The translations under genes and the position numbers were made by a program. The notes under the pieces were generated by a model. The model worked only from the letters and a program-made list of their open reading frames with translations, searched no databases and was not told the origin of the DNA. From contig NZ_CP065936.1 of NCBI RefSeq assembly GCF_003367075.2, positions 2,160,001 to 2,192,000 on the forward strand: DNA of 32,000 bases, read 5' to 3'. This document shows, piece by piece, positions 10,436-19,283 of the stretch (position 1 is the first letter of the stretch; the number at the start of each line of letters is the position of its first letter). Source of the DNA: Cylindrospermopsis raciborskii Cr2010 (GTDB taxonomy: Bacteria; Cyanobacteriota; Cyanobacteriia; Cyanobacteriales; Nostocaceae).

Positions 10436-10520
10436 GGAGAGGTGGCAGAGTGGTCGATTGCGTCCGACTTGAAATCGGATGAGGCTAAAACCTCCGGGAG
10501 TTCGAATCTCCCCCTCTCCG
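10436..10520 (+). tRNA. tRNA-Ser (anticodon UGA)
   Basis: A manual fold works. The acceptor stem is GGAGAGG/CCTCTCC and the anticodon stem is TCCGA/TCGGA. The anticodon loop is CTTGAAA. The long variable arm is GAGG-CTAAAA-CCTC. The T arm is GGGAG-TTCGAAT-CTCCC. Length is 85 nt. Confidence 0.9.
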
Positions 10521-10531
10521 TTAAAGCACAC

Positions 10532-10554
10532 CCACCGACTTTTCGGTCGGTAGG
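10532..10554. terminator. Hairpin between convergent tRNA-Ser and psaI (possible bidirectional terminator)
   Basis: CCACCGAC-TTTC-GGTCGGTAGG forms a stem of about 9 bp with one bulge. A clear U-tract is lacking on both strands, so terminator function is uncertain. Confidence 0.35.
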
Positions 10555-10562
10555 AGCCTCAA

Positions 10563-10703
10563 CTAGCCAATATCTTCGCTTTCAATATATAAAAACAAAG
10601 AAGCGAAGGCAACTGCTGGTAAAACTAAACCAGTTAAAGGAACGAAAATCGAAGGCAAAAATGAAGAATAAGCCAAAATAGAGGGAAATAATGAACCTGA
10701 CAT
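10563..10703 (-). CDS. psaI: Photosystem I reaction centre subunit VIII (PsaI), 46 aa. Not in the supplied ORF track.
   Basis: My manual translation of the minus strand gives [46 protein letters not shown], running from ATG at 10703-10701 to TAG at 10565-10563. It has a single transmembrane helix and the PsaI-like pattern FLPSI..P....LFLYIE.E. An AAGGA Shine-Dalgarno-like sequence lies ~10 nt upstream. Confidence 0.75.
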   Translation of the reverse strand: MSGSLFPSILAYSSFLPSIFVPLTGLVLPAVAFASLFLYIESEDIG

Positions 10704-10782
10704 AGTAAGGATCCTTGAAAATCGAGGTCATCTTAGGAGTTTACTGCACAATTTTCACCCTTTTGACAAATGGTCAAGATTT

Positions 10783-12576
10783 TTAACAAAGATTGTGATT
10801 TGATATGGGAACGGGAGCTTGTGGATTTACCATTATGTTCCTGATAGCTGTGACCTTATGACTTTCCCTTTGACTGTCAGACTCCACGGCGATCGCCCCT
10901 AGGAGAATTTGGGTACAACCCAGGGGTACAACCAACTGGGTAATTGTTTGCCACTTTCCTGGGGAATGGAGTTGGAAATCTGTCAGTACATGGGGACCAT
11001 CTAATAACTCCCGGCTTTGGCAGTCTTCTAACCATAGTTTAATAGTTAAGTTTGGATACATCTGATCAACTTCTAAACGAATTTTAATCAAAGATCCAGC
11101 TAGTAACTCACCACTGGGTAAAAACAGTCCGGGGGTGGGTAATAGCATCTCTTGTCCAGTGTTTACATCGTTCCATGGTTGTTTTTCCAACTCCAGGGAT
11201 TGATTAGCACCATCATACTGACCATGTTCTTCCGGGTTAATAATTGTATCAATATTTAAATCATCAATAACTATCTCATCACCTGGTAAATTGACAGTGT
11301 TCGTTAACATCTGTTTTGATACTTCCGGGGTTGCTTCTAGCTCCATATTTACCGGATAAAATTCCTCCTCTCTTTCCACTGGTACAAGTGATAACCTACT
11401 CTCTTTAGATACTGGTTGAATTTTAGGAGGGAGTGGTTGGTGAGGAGCTGGTTCCAAAACGTGAAAATGGGCTAGTTCAGGTTTTTTGACTAGATTAAAC
11501 AGTTCCAATCCTAGATGTGATGGAGAAGATGAGGGAGGGGATAAAATCCCAGTATAATGACCCGGTGAAGTAGACAATACCAGAGAAGTTTGTGAGGTTA
11601 GGGGTAGTAGCTGGTCAAATTCAGCTGTGATGGTAAAGGGATGGCTGGCCAGTAGGATAACCTGATCATGGGGAGTAAAACTTCCATACAGATTTATGGT
11701 AGCTAAAAGTAATTGTGATATGCAGTCATGGGGAATAGTAAGGTTATGACTAAAAGCAAAAGGTAATAGTTCTTCCGTAGAGAGGTGCTGTGGGAAATCA
11801 AGGAGAATTTTGGATTCACCAGGCGATCGCACCTGAACAGACAGATGGACCTGATATATTTTAACGGAAGATAATGAGGGAGATGTGAGTTGTTTGCTGC
11901 TTGATAAAATTCCATAACCGTTAATACTAAACGGCTTACCCCAATTGACGATGTAGGTATTCTGTTCCAAAAACAGTTCCAGAGGTAGAGATGGGGACTG
12001 AGGAACAGATGTCCCGGATAAATATTCACCCTGGGATTGGGGACTGGTGAAATCTATGACTCTTTGGAAAATTTCTTCTGCAGTTTTTCCTCCAGAGAAC
12101 ACAGGACTAGCTGGTTGATTAATAAAATCCTCCATAGTGGATAAAATAGGATCACCACTAGCATCGTCAGATCCATATTCACTATACTCAGTTTCAGCAT
12201 GAATCTGATTGTTATTTTCCGTTAACCCATCTTCATCAGGGGAAGAAACCCCCAGTACCAGACTGTATTGCCAAGATTCATCCTCCCCTACCCTTCCCCA
12301 GCATTGTAATTCCCAAATTCCCTCCTGGAGATCGGTAAAAGGTAAAACTGCGATCAAACCATCCTGATTAGATCGACGAGTGCCCTGAACAATCAGCTTT
12401 TTAGATTGATCTGCCCAGGGAAGAGAATGAGTTATTAGTACCTCCACCTGCTGATTAACAAGATGAGAACGAGCCAAGACCCTATATCTACCCAGCGAAA
12501 TTTCCAAACGGGAGGAGTCGAGACTTTGCCAATGGCGATCGCCCTGTTTCTGGATTAGAAATTGCCAGTTTTCCAT
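10783..12576 (-). CDS. Hypothetical protein, 597 aa, no domain recognised
   Basis: This is a long uninterrupted ORF co-directional with rbcR (51-bp gap upstream) and psaI (79-bp gap downstream). The N- and C-terminal ~110 aa look beta-rich. The centre is Ser/Pro-rich. I see no transmembrane segment or signal peptide. Confidence 0.6.
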   Translation of the reverse strand: MENWQFLIQKQGDRHWQSLDSSRLEISLGRYRVLARSHLVNQQVEVLITHSLPWADQSKKLIVQGTRRSNQDGLIAVLPFTDLQEGIWELQCWGRVGEDESWQYSLVLGVSSPDEDGLTENNNQIHAETEYSEYGSDDASGDPILSTMEDFINQPASPVFSGGKTAEEIFQRVIDFTSPQSQGEYLSGTSVPQSPSLPLELFLEQNTYIVNWGKPFSINGYGILSSSKQLTSPSLSSVKIYQVHLSVQVRSPGESKILLDFPQHLSTEELLPFAFSHNLTIPHDCISQLLLATINLYGSFTPHDQVILLASHPFTITAEFDQLLPLTSQTSLVLSTSPGHYTGILSPPSSSPSHLGLELFNLVKKPELAHFHVLEPAPHQPLPPKIQPVSKESRLSLVPVEREEEFYPVNMELEATPEVSKQMLTNTVNLPGDEIVIDDLNIDTIINPEEHGQYDGANQSLELEKQPWNDVNTGQEMLLPTPGLFLPSGELLAGSLIKIRLEVDQMYPNLTIKLWLEDCQSRELLDGPHVLTDFQLHSPGKWQTITQLVVPLGCTQILLGAIAVESDSQRESHKVTAIRNIMVNPQAPVPISNHNLC

Positions 12577-12627
12577 AAAAGTAATTAAGCAGCCCAGGAT
12601 GTGAGTTAATGTGAATTATTCCGAATC

Positions 12628-13635
12628 TTATGCAAATAAACTGTCATTATCTGTGTCTATATCTAACAGATTGGTAGTAGGTGGTGAGGTTTTTAAGGCA
12701 CTTGCATTCCATCCAGGATTAGCAAAGCGAGGAAGAATTTCTTCACTGAAAGCTTCTGCAGCCTTAGAACGATAGCGATTGGGGTTAAAAATCAACCACA
12801 GTGTGCGTTTAACAATTACACCCTCAATGGTTGAGCGATGGAGCATGCCCATTTGTAACTCCTTAACAATAGCTGAAGTAGAAACAAAAGCAGCGCCCAA
12901 ACCGGATTGAACAGCATTTTTAATAGCTTCAATGGAATTTAGCTCCATTTCAAATTTAAATCTTCTAGTATCAAGACCACAACGTATTAGCACATGGTCA
13001 ATAACTTTACGGATAGTAGATTGGGAATCGAGGGCAATAAACTGTAGTTTATATAGGTCTTCCTTTTGAATAGTATGGAGTTTTGTAAAAGGGTGGAAGG
13101 TGGGTAATATCAGAGCTAACTCATCTTCAGCGTATGGAAGAACCTCCAAATATTCTGCCAGTTCCGTGGGTATTTCACCACCAATAATTGCCAAATCAAC
13201 CTGTCCATTAGCCACGCTCCATGCTGTACGACGGGTTGAGTGAACATGAAGTTGTACAGCCACATCGGGGTATTTTTGACGAAACATACCAATCATACGT
13301 GGTAGCAAGTATGTTCCCGTAGTTTGAGAAGCACCCACAATCAGGGTACCACCTTGAAGGTTTTGTAAATCCTCAATTGCACGGCAAGTTTCTTGGCATA
13401 AACCCAAGATTTTTTCACCATAGTTAAGGAGGAGATGTCCAGCTTCAGTCAGTTGGGCCCGTCTCCCACCCCGGTCAAATAGGGGAACATCCAACTGACG
13501 TTCCAGGTTTTGTACTTGCAGGCTAACAGCTGGTTGAGAGACATAAAGACTCTCAGCAGCACGTTTAAAGCTCCCTTCTTGGGCAATGGCTTTGAGAATG
13601 CGTAACTGGTCTAAAGTAAAAGGAAGGTCAGACAT
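12628..13635 (-). CDS. rbcR: LysR-type transcriptional regulator of the RbcR/Ycf30 (CbbR-like) type
   Basis: The N-terminal w[48 protein letters not shown] closely follows the Ycf30/RbcR pattern. The ORF track starts at 13674, but the ATG at 13635 (MSDLPFTL) is the likely start. I cannot separate RbcR from CmpR/NdhR paralogues by eye. Confidence 0.7.
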   Translation of the reverse strand: MSDLPFTLDQLRILKAIAQEGSFKRAAESLYVSQPAVSLQVQNLERQLDVPLFDRGGRRAQLTEAGHLLLNYGEKILGLCQETCRAIEDLQNLQGGTLIVGASQTTGTYLLPRMIGMFRQKYPDVAVQLHVHSTRRTAWSVANGQVDLAIIGGEIPTELAEYLEVLPYAEDELALILPTFHPFTKLHTIQKEDLYKLQFIALDSQSTIRKVIDHVLIRCGLDTRRFKFEMELNSIEAIKNAVQSGLGAAFVSTSAIVKELQMGMLHRSTIEGVIVKRTLWLIFNPNRYRSKAAEAFSEEILPRFANPGWNASALKTSPPTTNLLDIDTDNDSLFA

Positions 13636-13694
13636 AAGGCTTAACCTATAAACTAGGGAAAGAGCATCTGGCAAAATTAATTGGCGCGGGTAGT

Positions 13695-13712
13695 TGTTAT
13701 ACGACTGTTATA
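13695..13712. promoter_or_regulatory. Candidate LTTR box: ATA-N7-TAT dyad inside two TGTTATA direct repeats spaced 11 bp
   Basis: TGTTATAcgacTGTTATA lies 60-77 bp upstream of the rbcR ATG, in the rbcR/nnrU divergent spacer. ATA(13699-13701)-N7-TAT(13709-13711) fits the generic T-N11-A LysR motif. Confidence 0.3.
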
Positions 13713-13804
13713 TCATTTAGCGGTTAGCTATTTTTAACTCTATATTTGTTACCTGCACTTAGCTACACTGAGGTATTGTAAATGTTGGATTCGAGTTGTA
13801 CTTT

Positions 13805-14521
13805 ATGATCTCCAATTCTTGGTTGACCACCAGTCATTTTATCATGTTGGGTTTACAGTTGATTTTTGCGATCGCCCACAGTGGGGGTGCTGCTTTGCGT
13901 CCCTGGGCAGAAAAACAGGTTGGACCTAGATTGTATCGAATCGCATTTGCACTTGTTAGCTTACCCCTAGCAGCGGTTTTAATTAGCTACTTTTTTAATC
14001 ATCGTTATGATGGTTGGCAACTATGGCAATTACAAGATATGGGGGGAGTAAAGTTAACCGTTTGGGTATTATCAGCGATTTCCTTTTTATTTTTATATCC
14101 TGCTACCTTCAATTTACTAGAAATTGCTGCCATTCAAAAACCTCAAGTTCACCTTTATGAAACAGGTATTATTCGGATTACTCGCCACCCACAAATGGTA
14201 GGACAAGTGATCTGGTGTATTGCTCACACCCTTTGGATTGGCACCAGCTTCACCTTGGTGACATCACTGGGTTTAATTTTACACCATTTATTTGGAGTTT
14301 GGCATGGAGATCACCGGTTGAGTCAAAGATATGGTGAAGCTTTTGAACTGGTCAAACAGCGCACTTCTGTTATTCCCTTTCAAGCAATTTTGGATGGTCG
14401 ACAATCGCTAAAGTGGCAGGAATTTATTCGTCCTGCTTACTTGGGAGTGGCCATTTTTGTAGGTTTATTTTGGTGGTCTCATCCTTTGTTAATCCTGGCC
14501 AGCAATATGGTATTATGGTAG
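13805..14521 (+). CDS. NnrU-family integral membrane protein (family includes the plant Z-ISO carotene isomerase)
   Basis: There are multiple transmembrane helices and the motif ITRHPQMVGQVIWCIAHTLWIG...HHLFGVWHGDHRL. The track start is TTG at 13796. The ATG at 13805 is more likely. Confidence 0.7.
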   Translation: MISNSWLTTSHFIMLGLQLIFAIAHSGGAALRPWAEKQVGPRLYRIAFALVSLPLAAVLISYFFNHRYDGWQLWQLQDMGGVKLTVWVLSAISFLFLYPATFNLLEIAAIQKPQVHLYETGIIRITRHPQMVGQVIWCIAHTLWIGTSFTLVTSLGLILHHLFGVWHGDHRLSQRYGEAFELVKQRTSVIPFQAILDGRQSLKWQEFIRPAYLGVAIFVGLFWWSHPLLILASNMVLW

Positions 14522-14793
14522 TTAGCAGCGATCCCTACTGTTGCCATAAGATTTTAATTTCACTAAGTTGGCTGGACTATTGGTTAAATTATCCGCCTTT
14601 CTTAAAAGTGGTTAATGATCCCCAAATTGTGTCATACTAATTATTACCTGGATTATCAATGAAGCAAACCCAAAACATAGTTAATGCATGGTGACTAGCC
14701 GATAGATATCTTGTTTCACATAAAAATCTGACTTTCTTAGACCTGTCGGTGATAGTTGCTGGTGATAAAAAACCCTATAAATCAAGAGGCATC

Positions 14794-15183
14794 ATGGTGT
14801 TATCGGTTAGTGATCGAACATTTACTGAAGAAGTTTTAGAATCCTCAGTACCTGTGTTAGTTAATTTTGAGGCCCCCTGGTGTGGATTGTGTCGTCTTAT
14901 CCACCCATTGTTACTACAGTTTCAAGCTGAATGCGGGGTAGGTGTGAAACTGGTGGGGGTTAACGCCGACCAAAATTTTAAGTTGTCTACGACCTATAGG
15001 CTGAAATCCCTACCAACCCTACTACTAATAGAAAAGGGAATTGTCCGGGAACGTTTAGAGGGTTTTCGCAGTCGGGATGATTTACGTCAAGCACTGGGAG
15101 AAATAAAATACAGATATATTAGTAACAGGGGAGTGGGGAAGAGAAAAGGAGAAATAGACAAAAAAATAGGCGTACCCATATAA
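14794..15183 (+). CDS. trxC: Atypical thioredoxin with WCGLC active site (cyanobacterial TrxC type)
   Basis: VLVNFEAPWCGLCRLIHPLL carries WCGLC in place of the canonical WCGPC. The likely start is ATG 14794, preceded by AAGAGG, whereas the track uses GTG 14749. A basic C-terminal tail of ~25 aa extends beyond the Trx fold. Confidence 0.7.
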   Translation: MVLSVSDRTFTEEVLESSVPVLVNFEAPWCGLCRLIHPLLLQFQAECGVGVKLVGVNADQNFKLSTTYRLKSLPTLLLIEKGIVRERLEGFRSRDDLRQALGEIKYRYISNRGVGKRKGEIDKKIGVPI

Positions 15184-15417
15184 AGTATCTTGAACATAAC
15201 AAAGTCCTATTAACGGAAGTCACCTAGCAATTATTTCCCAAGCTGGAGACGCGTTAGAATATGAGAGAGGCAATTCCCGCCCAATTGTTGCATCCTGGAT
15301 ATAGGAGAGGTGAAAAAAACAAAATTTTGATTTGCTCTCATTTCCTAATGCACAGTCATCAACGGGAAAGTTGTGGCATTATTGTCCTCAAATGGTCAAA
15401 ATTTTGAGGCGTGAGTG

Positions 15418-17466
15418 ATGGAAGTAATCTATCAGTATGCCTGGATAATTCCAGTTTTACCCCTATTAGGAGCAATGCTGGTAGGTCTAGGACTAATCTC
15501 GTTAAATCAAACAACAAATCGCCTGCGACAGCTAAATGCTGTTCTGATTGTCTCCCTAATGGGAATTGCCATGGGTCTCTCCATGTCCCTATTATGGAGT
15601 CAATACCAAGGTCATGCTCCCTACACAACTACTCTGGAATGGGCATCAGCAGGTAACTTTCACCTAAGTATGGGCTATACTATTGACCACCTGACAGCTA
15701 TGATGTTAGTAGTGGTGACCACGGTAGCTTTCTTAGTGATGATTTACACAGATGGCTATATGTCCCATGACCCGGGTTATGTGCGGTTTTATGCTTATCT
15801 CAGTTTATTCGGCTCTTCAATGTTAGGGTTGGTACTGAGTCCTAATTTGGTACAAGTTTACATCTTTTGGGAATTGGTAGGGATGTGTTCCTACCTACTG
15901 GTGGGTTTTTGGTATGACCGCAAACCAGCAGCAGAAGCCTGTCAAAAGGCATTTGTAACTAACCGAGTAGGCGACTTTGGGTTGTTGCTGGGGATTCTAG
16001 GACTGTTTTGGGCCACAGGTAGCTTTGATTTTACCATCATGGGCGATCGCCTAGGAGAATTGGTAGAATCGGGTACTATTAGCAATGCATTGGCGATTCT
16101 GCTTGCCATTTTGGTGTTCCTCGGTCCAGTAGCTAAATCAGCCCAATTTCCCCTGCATGTGTGGCTCCCAGATGCTATGGAAGGTCCCACACCGATTTCC
16201 GCGCTTATCCATGCAGCTACAATGGTAGCAGCGGGTGTATTTTTAATTGCGCGAATGTATCCGGTGTTTGAACACGTTCCAGTTGCTATGAATGTGATTG
16301 CCTTTACGGGAGCATTTACAGCATTTTTGGGAGCGACTATTGCCATTACCCAAAATGACATTAAAAAGGGACTGGCCTACTCCACCATTTCTCAATTGGG
16401 TTATATGGTGATGGCTATGGGAGTGGGTGCTTACAGTGCGGGTTTATTTCACTTAATGACCCATGCTTATTTTAAAGCAATGCTGTTTTTGGGTTCTGGG
16501 TCAGTGATTCATGGTATGGAAGGAGTGGTGGGTCACGACCCAGTTTTAGCTCAGGACATGCGCTTAATGGGTGGATTAAGGAAATATATGCCAGCTACGG
16601 GGATTACCTTTTTAATAGGTTGTTTGGCAATTGCTGGGATTCCACCCTTTGCTGGGTTCTGGTCTAAAGATGAAATATTGGGCGCAGCTTTTGCTGCAAA
16701 TCCTCTACTATGGTTGATTGGTTGGGTAACTGCTGGAATCACCGCCTTTTACATGTTTAGAATGTATTTCTCAACATTTGAGGGTCAATTCCGGGGTAAT
16801 GACCAAACAATCAAAACTATGCTTAAACAAGCTACTGCTAAGTTAGGCGGGGAATTACAACCTAATTTTGGACCAGGAGCAATGAAAAAAGGCGAGTTGG
16901 AAAGTCACGGACACTCACCCCATGAGTCTCCTTGGACGATGACTCTACCCTTGCTAGTATTGGCTATTCCTTCTATTTTGATTGGACTGGTGGGAACTCC
17001 CTATGCTAACTATTTTGAGCAGTTTATTTTTTCCCCAACCGAAACTCTAACAGAAGTAATGGAAAAAGCGGCAAAATTTGACCCTCATGAATTTTATCTC
17101 ATGGCGGGTAGTTCTGTGGCCATTTCCGTGGTGGGCATTACTTTGGCAATTCTTATGTATTGGGCTAGGAAAATTGACCCCAGTGCGATCGCTGCTAAGT
17201 TCCAGTCTCTGTATGAGTTGTCGTTGAATAAATGGTATTTTGACGATATCTATCATCGGGTGTTTGTTCTTGGTTTGCGTCGTGTAGCTCGACAAGTTAT
17301 GGAAGTTGATTTTCGAGTTGTGGATGGTGCAGTTAATTTAACTGGGTTTTTCACCCTAGTCAGTGGTGAAGGTCTCAAGTACCTAGAAAATGGTCGCGCT
17401 CAGTTTTATGCTCTGATTGTATTTGGAGCTGTTTTGGGCTTAGTCATTGTTTTTGGCGTAACTTGA
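15418..17466 (+). CDS. ndhF: NAD(P)H-quinone oxidoreductase (NDH-1) subunit 5/F, NdhF1-size
   Basis: The N-terminus MEVIYQYAWIIPVLPLLGA and the motifs WLPDAMEGPTPISALIHAATMVAAGVF and HAYFKAMLFLGSGSVIH are present. The ~682-aa length fits the respiratory NdhF1 form rather than the shorter NdhF3/F4 forms. Confidence 0.9.
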   Translation: MEVIYQYAWIIPVLPLLGAMLVGLGLISLNQTTNRLRQLNAVLIVSLMGIAMGLSMSLLWSQYQGHAPYTTTLEWASAGNFHLSMGYTIDHLTAMMLVVVTTVAFLVMIYTDGYMSHDPGYVRFYAYLSLFGSSMLGLVLSPNLVQVYIFWELVGMCSYLLVGFWYDRKPAAEACQKAFVTNRVGDFGLLLGILGLFWATGSFDFTIMGDRLGELVESGTISNALAILLAILVFLGPVAKSAQFPLHVWLPDAMEGPTPISALIHAATMVAAGVFLIARMYPVFEHVPVAMNVIAFTGAFTAFLGATIAITQNDIKKGLAYSTISQLGYMVMAMGVGAYSAGLFHLMTHAYFKAMLFLGSGSVIHGMEGVVGHDPVLAQDMRLMGGLRKYMPATGITFLIGCLAIAGIPPFAGFWSKDEILGAAFAANPLLWLIGWVTAGITAFYMFRMYFSTFEGQFRGNDQTIKTMLKQATAKLGGELQPNFGPGAMKKGELESHGHSPHESPWTMTLPLLVLAIPSILIGLVGTPYANYFEQFIFSPTETLTEVMEKAAKFDPHEFYLMAGSSVAISVVGITLAILMYWARKIDPSAIAAKFQSLYELSLNKWYFDDIYHRVFVLGLRRVARQVMEVDFRVVDGAVNLTGFFTLVSGEGLKYLENGRAQFYALIVFGAVLGLVIVFGVT

Positions 17467-17513
17467 TATAAATATCTTGACTATGAAACTAATGTCAGGA
17501 AATTAATGTCAAG

Positions 17514-17543
17514 GGGTGTGAGGATTTTCCTCCACCCGTTTTT
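17514..17543 (+). terminator. Rho-independent terminator downstream of ndhF
   Basis: GGGTG(T)GAGG-ATTTT-CCTCCACCC forms a 9-bp GC-rich stem with one bulged T. It is followed by G and then TTTTT. It lies 48 nt after the ndhF stop. Confidence 0.7.
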
Positions 17544-17574
17544 GGTAATAAAGCGCAATTAGACAAAATTAGTT

Positions 17575-18393
17575 ATGAAATCATTTATCAGGTCATTAGT
17601 TGGTCCGGGTATTAACTTGAGTTTGATCGCAAGTACTTTAGGGCTTAGTTTAAGCCATAGTGGCACCGTATTTGCCTTACCACCACAAGAAATTAAGGGT
17701 AAATTAGATGCAGTTCCAGTGTACTTGATAACTAATGATCAGGGTACACCTTTAAGTCGCATGATGTCTTCCCAAGATGGAAAACAGGAGAGAGCAATAA
17801 CGGATGTATACATGAGCCGTCAAGAAGCTTTAAACTTTGTGCAAAAGTTTAGGCAAATCCGAGGGAAAGACAAGGATCGAAAAACCCAGGAAATGCTCAA
17901 AAAGTTGCAAGTTACTACCGTACCTTTGGGACTTATATATCAAAAACAGCAACAACAACAAAATCAACCCAATCAACTTTTGTTTTCTTTTAACCCGGTG
18001 TCCCAAGAAATGACGGGAGCAGCACAGCTGATGAAAGCTAGTGGTCAACGGGTAGAGCAGTTAAAAAGTGTGCCGATTTTTACGGTCATATCTGGGAAGG
18101 ATAAAAGTCACATTACTATTCAAGTAGGTGGGGAAAAACCTCAAACCATAATTCCTTTGTTTTTTAGCAAGCAAGATGCCCAAAATTTACTGACTAAGGT
18201 CAAAGGAAAGTTCCCCCAGGCTTATATTCAAGTTGTAGGTGTGGACGGATTAATTAATACCTTGACTCAAAAGAACGATGATTGGTTAAAACAGCTGGTT
18301 TTGATTCCATCTCCCGAATCCAGACAACACCTTAATAATCTGCGTTCCAATAGCGCCCAGCCAAAAACCATACCCCCAAAACCACGCTCATGA
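17575..18393 (+). CDS. Tic22-like periplasmic protein
   Basis: An N-terminal signal-like segment is followed by two repeats of the Tic22-type motif (LDAVPVYLITNDQGTPL and LKSVPIFTVISG). An internal QQQQQNQPNQ linker is present. Confidence 0.55.
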   Translation: MKSFIRSLVGPGINLSLIASTLGLSLSHSGTVFALPPQEIKGKLDAVPVYLITNDQGTPLSRMMSSQDGKQERAITDVYMSRQEALNFVQKFRQIRGKDKDRKTQEMLKKLQVTTVPLGLIYQKQQQQQNQPNQLLFSFNPVSQEMTGAAQLMKASGQRVEQLKSVPIFTVISGKDKSHITIQVGGEKPQTIIPLFFSKQDAQNLLTKVKGKFPQAYIQVVGVDGLINTLTQKNDDWLKQLVLIPSPESRQHLNNLRSNSAQPKTIPPKPRS

Positions 18394-19283
18394 TTAATCA
18401 ACTAACTAGTGGAATTGAACTATGGAAATGGCGAAATTCCGCTATAACCACTGCTTTAGGTAAGGGGGTTTCTCCACGAGAGGTGGATTGGCTATTACAA
18501 GAGATAGCAGGACTAGATAAGTTAACACTGCGGTTGGAATCTTTTAAACACTACCAGGAAATGACCATGGTGCTATCCCTAGCTGAATTAGATAGTCTGT
18601 GGCAAAAGCGGTTACAACAAAGAGTGCCAATTCAGTATCTTGCAGGTAGAACCCCTTGGCGAAAATTTACCCTTGCTGTGTCCGACGCAGTTTTAATCCC
18701 TAGACCAGAAACGGAGATACTCATTGACTTGGTGATGGAAGCTGCTAACCAAGACCTGCAATCTGGAATCTGGGTGGATTTAGGTACTGGTAGTGGAGCG
18801 ATCGCCCTGGGTTTGGCAGAGGTATTGACAAATGCTAAGATTTATGCTACAGACATAAGCGAACAGGCTTTGGCAGTTGCTAGGACAAATGCAAGGAATT
18901 TGGGTTTTACACAGCGGGTGGAATTCCACCAGGGGTGCTGGTGGGAACCTCTAAATCACCTCCAGGGTAAAATTAGTGGTATGGTGTCCAATCCACCTTA
19001 TATTCCTAGTGATATGATAGGAACCCTAGAACCGGAAGTAGTCAAGCACGAACCCCATTTAGCTTTAGATGGAGGTGTGGATGGTTTGGAAGCAATTCGT
19101 TATCTAGTAGAAGTTTCTCCCCACTATTTGCTCCCGGGCGGTGTATGGTTAATCGAAATGATGGCTGGACAAGACGAAGCAGTTAGAGAAATGCTGATAA
19201 ATAATGGCAATTATTCCCATATTTCTATTCATACTGACCTAGCTGGAATTAAGCGTTTTGCTCTAGCTCACTTGTCAAGGTAG
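18390..19283 (+). CDS. prmC: Release-factor glutamine N5-methyltransferase (PrmC/HemK)
   Basis: The SAM-binding motif DLGTGSGAIAL and the catalytic NPPYIP are present. The start overlaps the Tic22-like stop in ATGA. Confidence 0.88.
   Translation: MINQLTSGIELWKWRNSAITTALGKGVSPREVDWLLQEIAGLDKLTLRLESFKHYQEMTMVLSLAELDSLWQKRLQQRVPIQYLAGRTPWRKFTLAVSDAVLIPRPETEILIDLVMEAANQDLQSGIWVDLGTGSGAIALGLAEVLTNAKIYATDISEQALAVARTNARNLGFTQRVEFHQGCWWEPLNHLQGKISGMVSNPPYIPSDMIGTLEPEVVKHEPHLALDGGVDGLEAIRYLVEVSPHYLLPGGVWLIEMMAGQDEAVREMLINNGNYSHISIHTDLAGIKRFALAHLSR

Noticed and set aside
10442-10681. 79-aa plus-strand ORF from the track
   Set aside because: It starts inside tRNA-Ser and runs antisense across psaI. 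The translation is low-complexity and lysine-rich. The tRNA and psaI explain the region better.
11703-12029. 108-aa ORF in another frame of the minus strand
   Set aside because: It is fully nested out of frame within the 597-aa ORF. The longer ORF is the parsimonious call.
14413-14640. 75-aa ORF overlapping the NnrU 3' end
   Set aside because: It is an out-of-frame overlap with a well-supported membrane protein gene and has no independent signals.
15261-15407. 48-codon ATG ORF in the trxC-ndhF spacer (MREAIPAQLLHPGYRRGEK...)
   Set aside because: It has no Shine-Dalgarno sequence and no recognisable small-protein motif, and its Cys/His-rich composition is random-looking. I cannot exclude a leader peptide, but there is no positive evidence.
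15359-15656. Track ORFs 15359-15628 (-) and 15411-15656 (+)
   Set aside because: They overlap the ndhF start region in other frames or on the other strand. ndhF explains the coding signal.
15942-17295. Minus-strand track ORFs inside ndhF (15942-16361, 16551-16742, 17047-17295)
   Set aside because: They are antisense shadows of a highly conserved gene.
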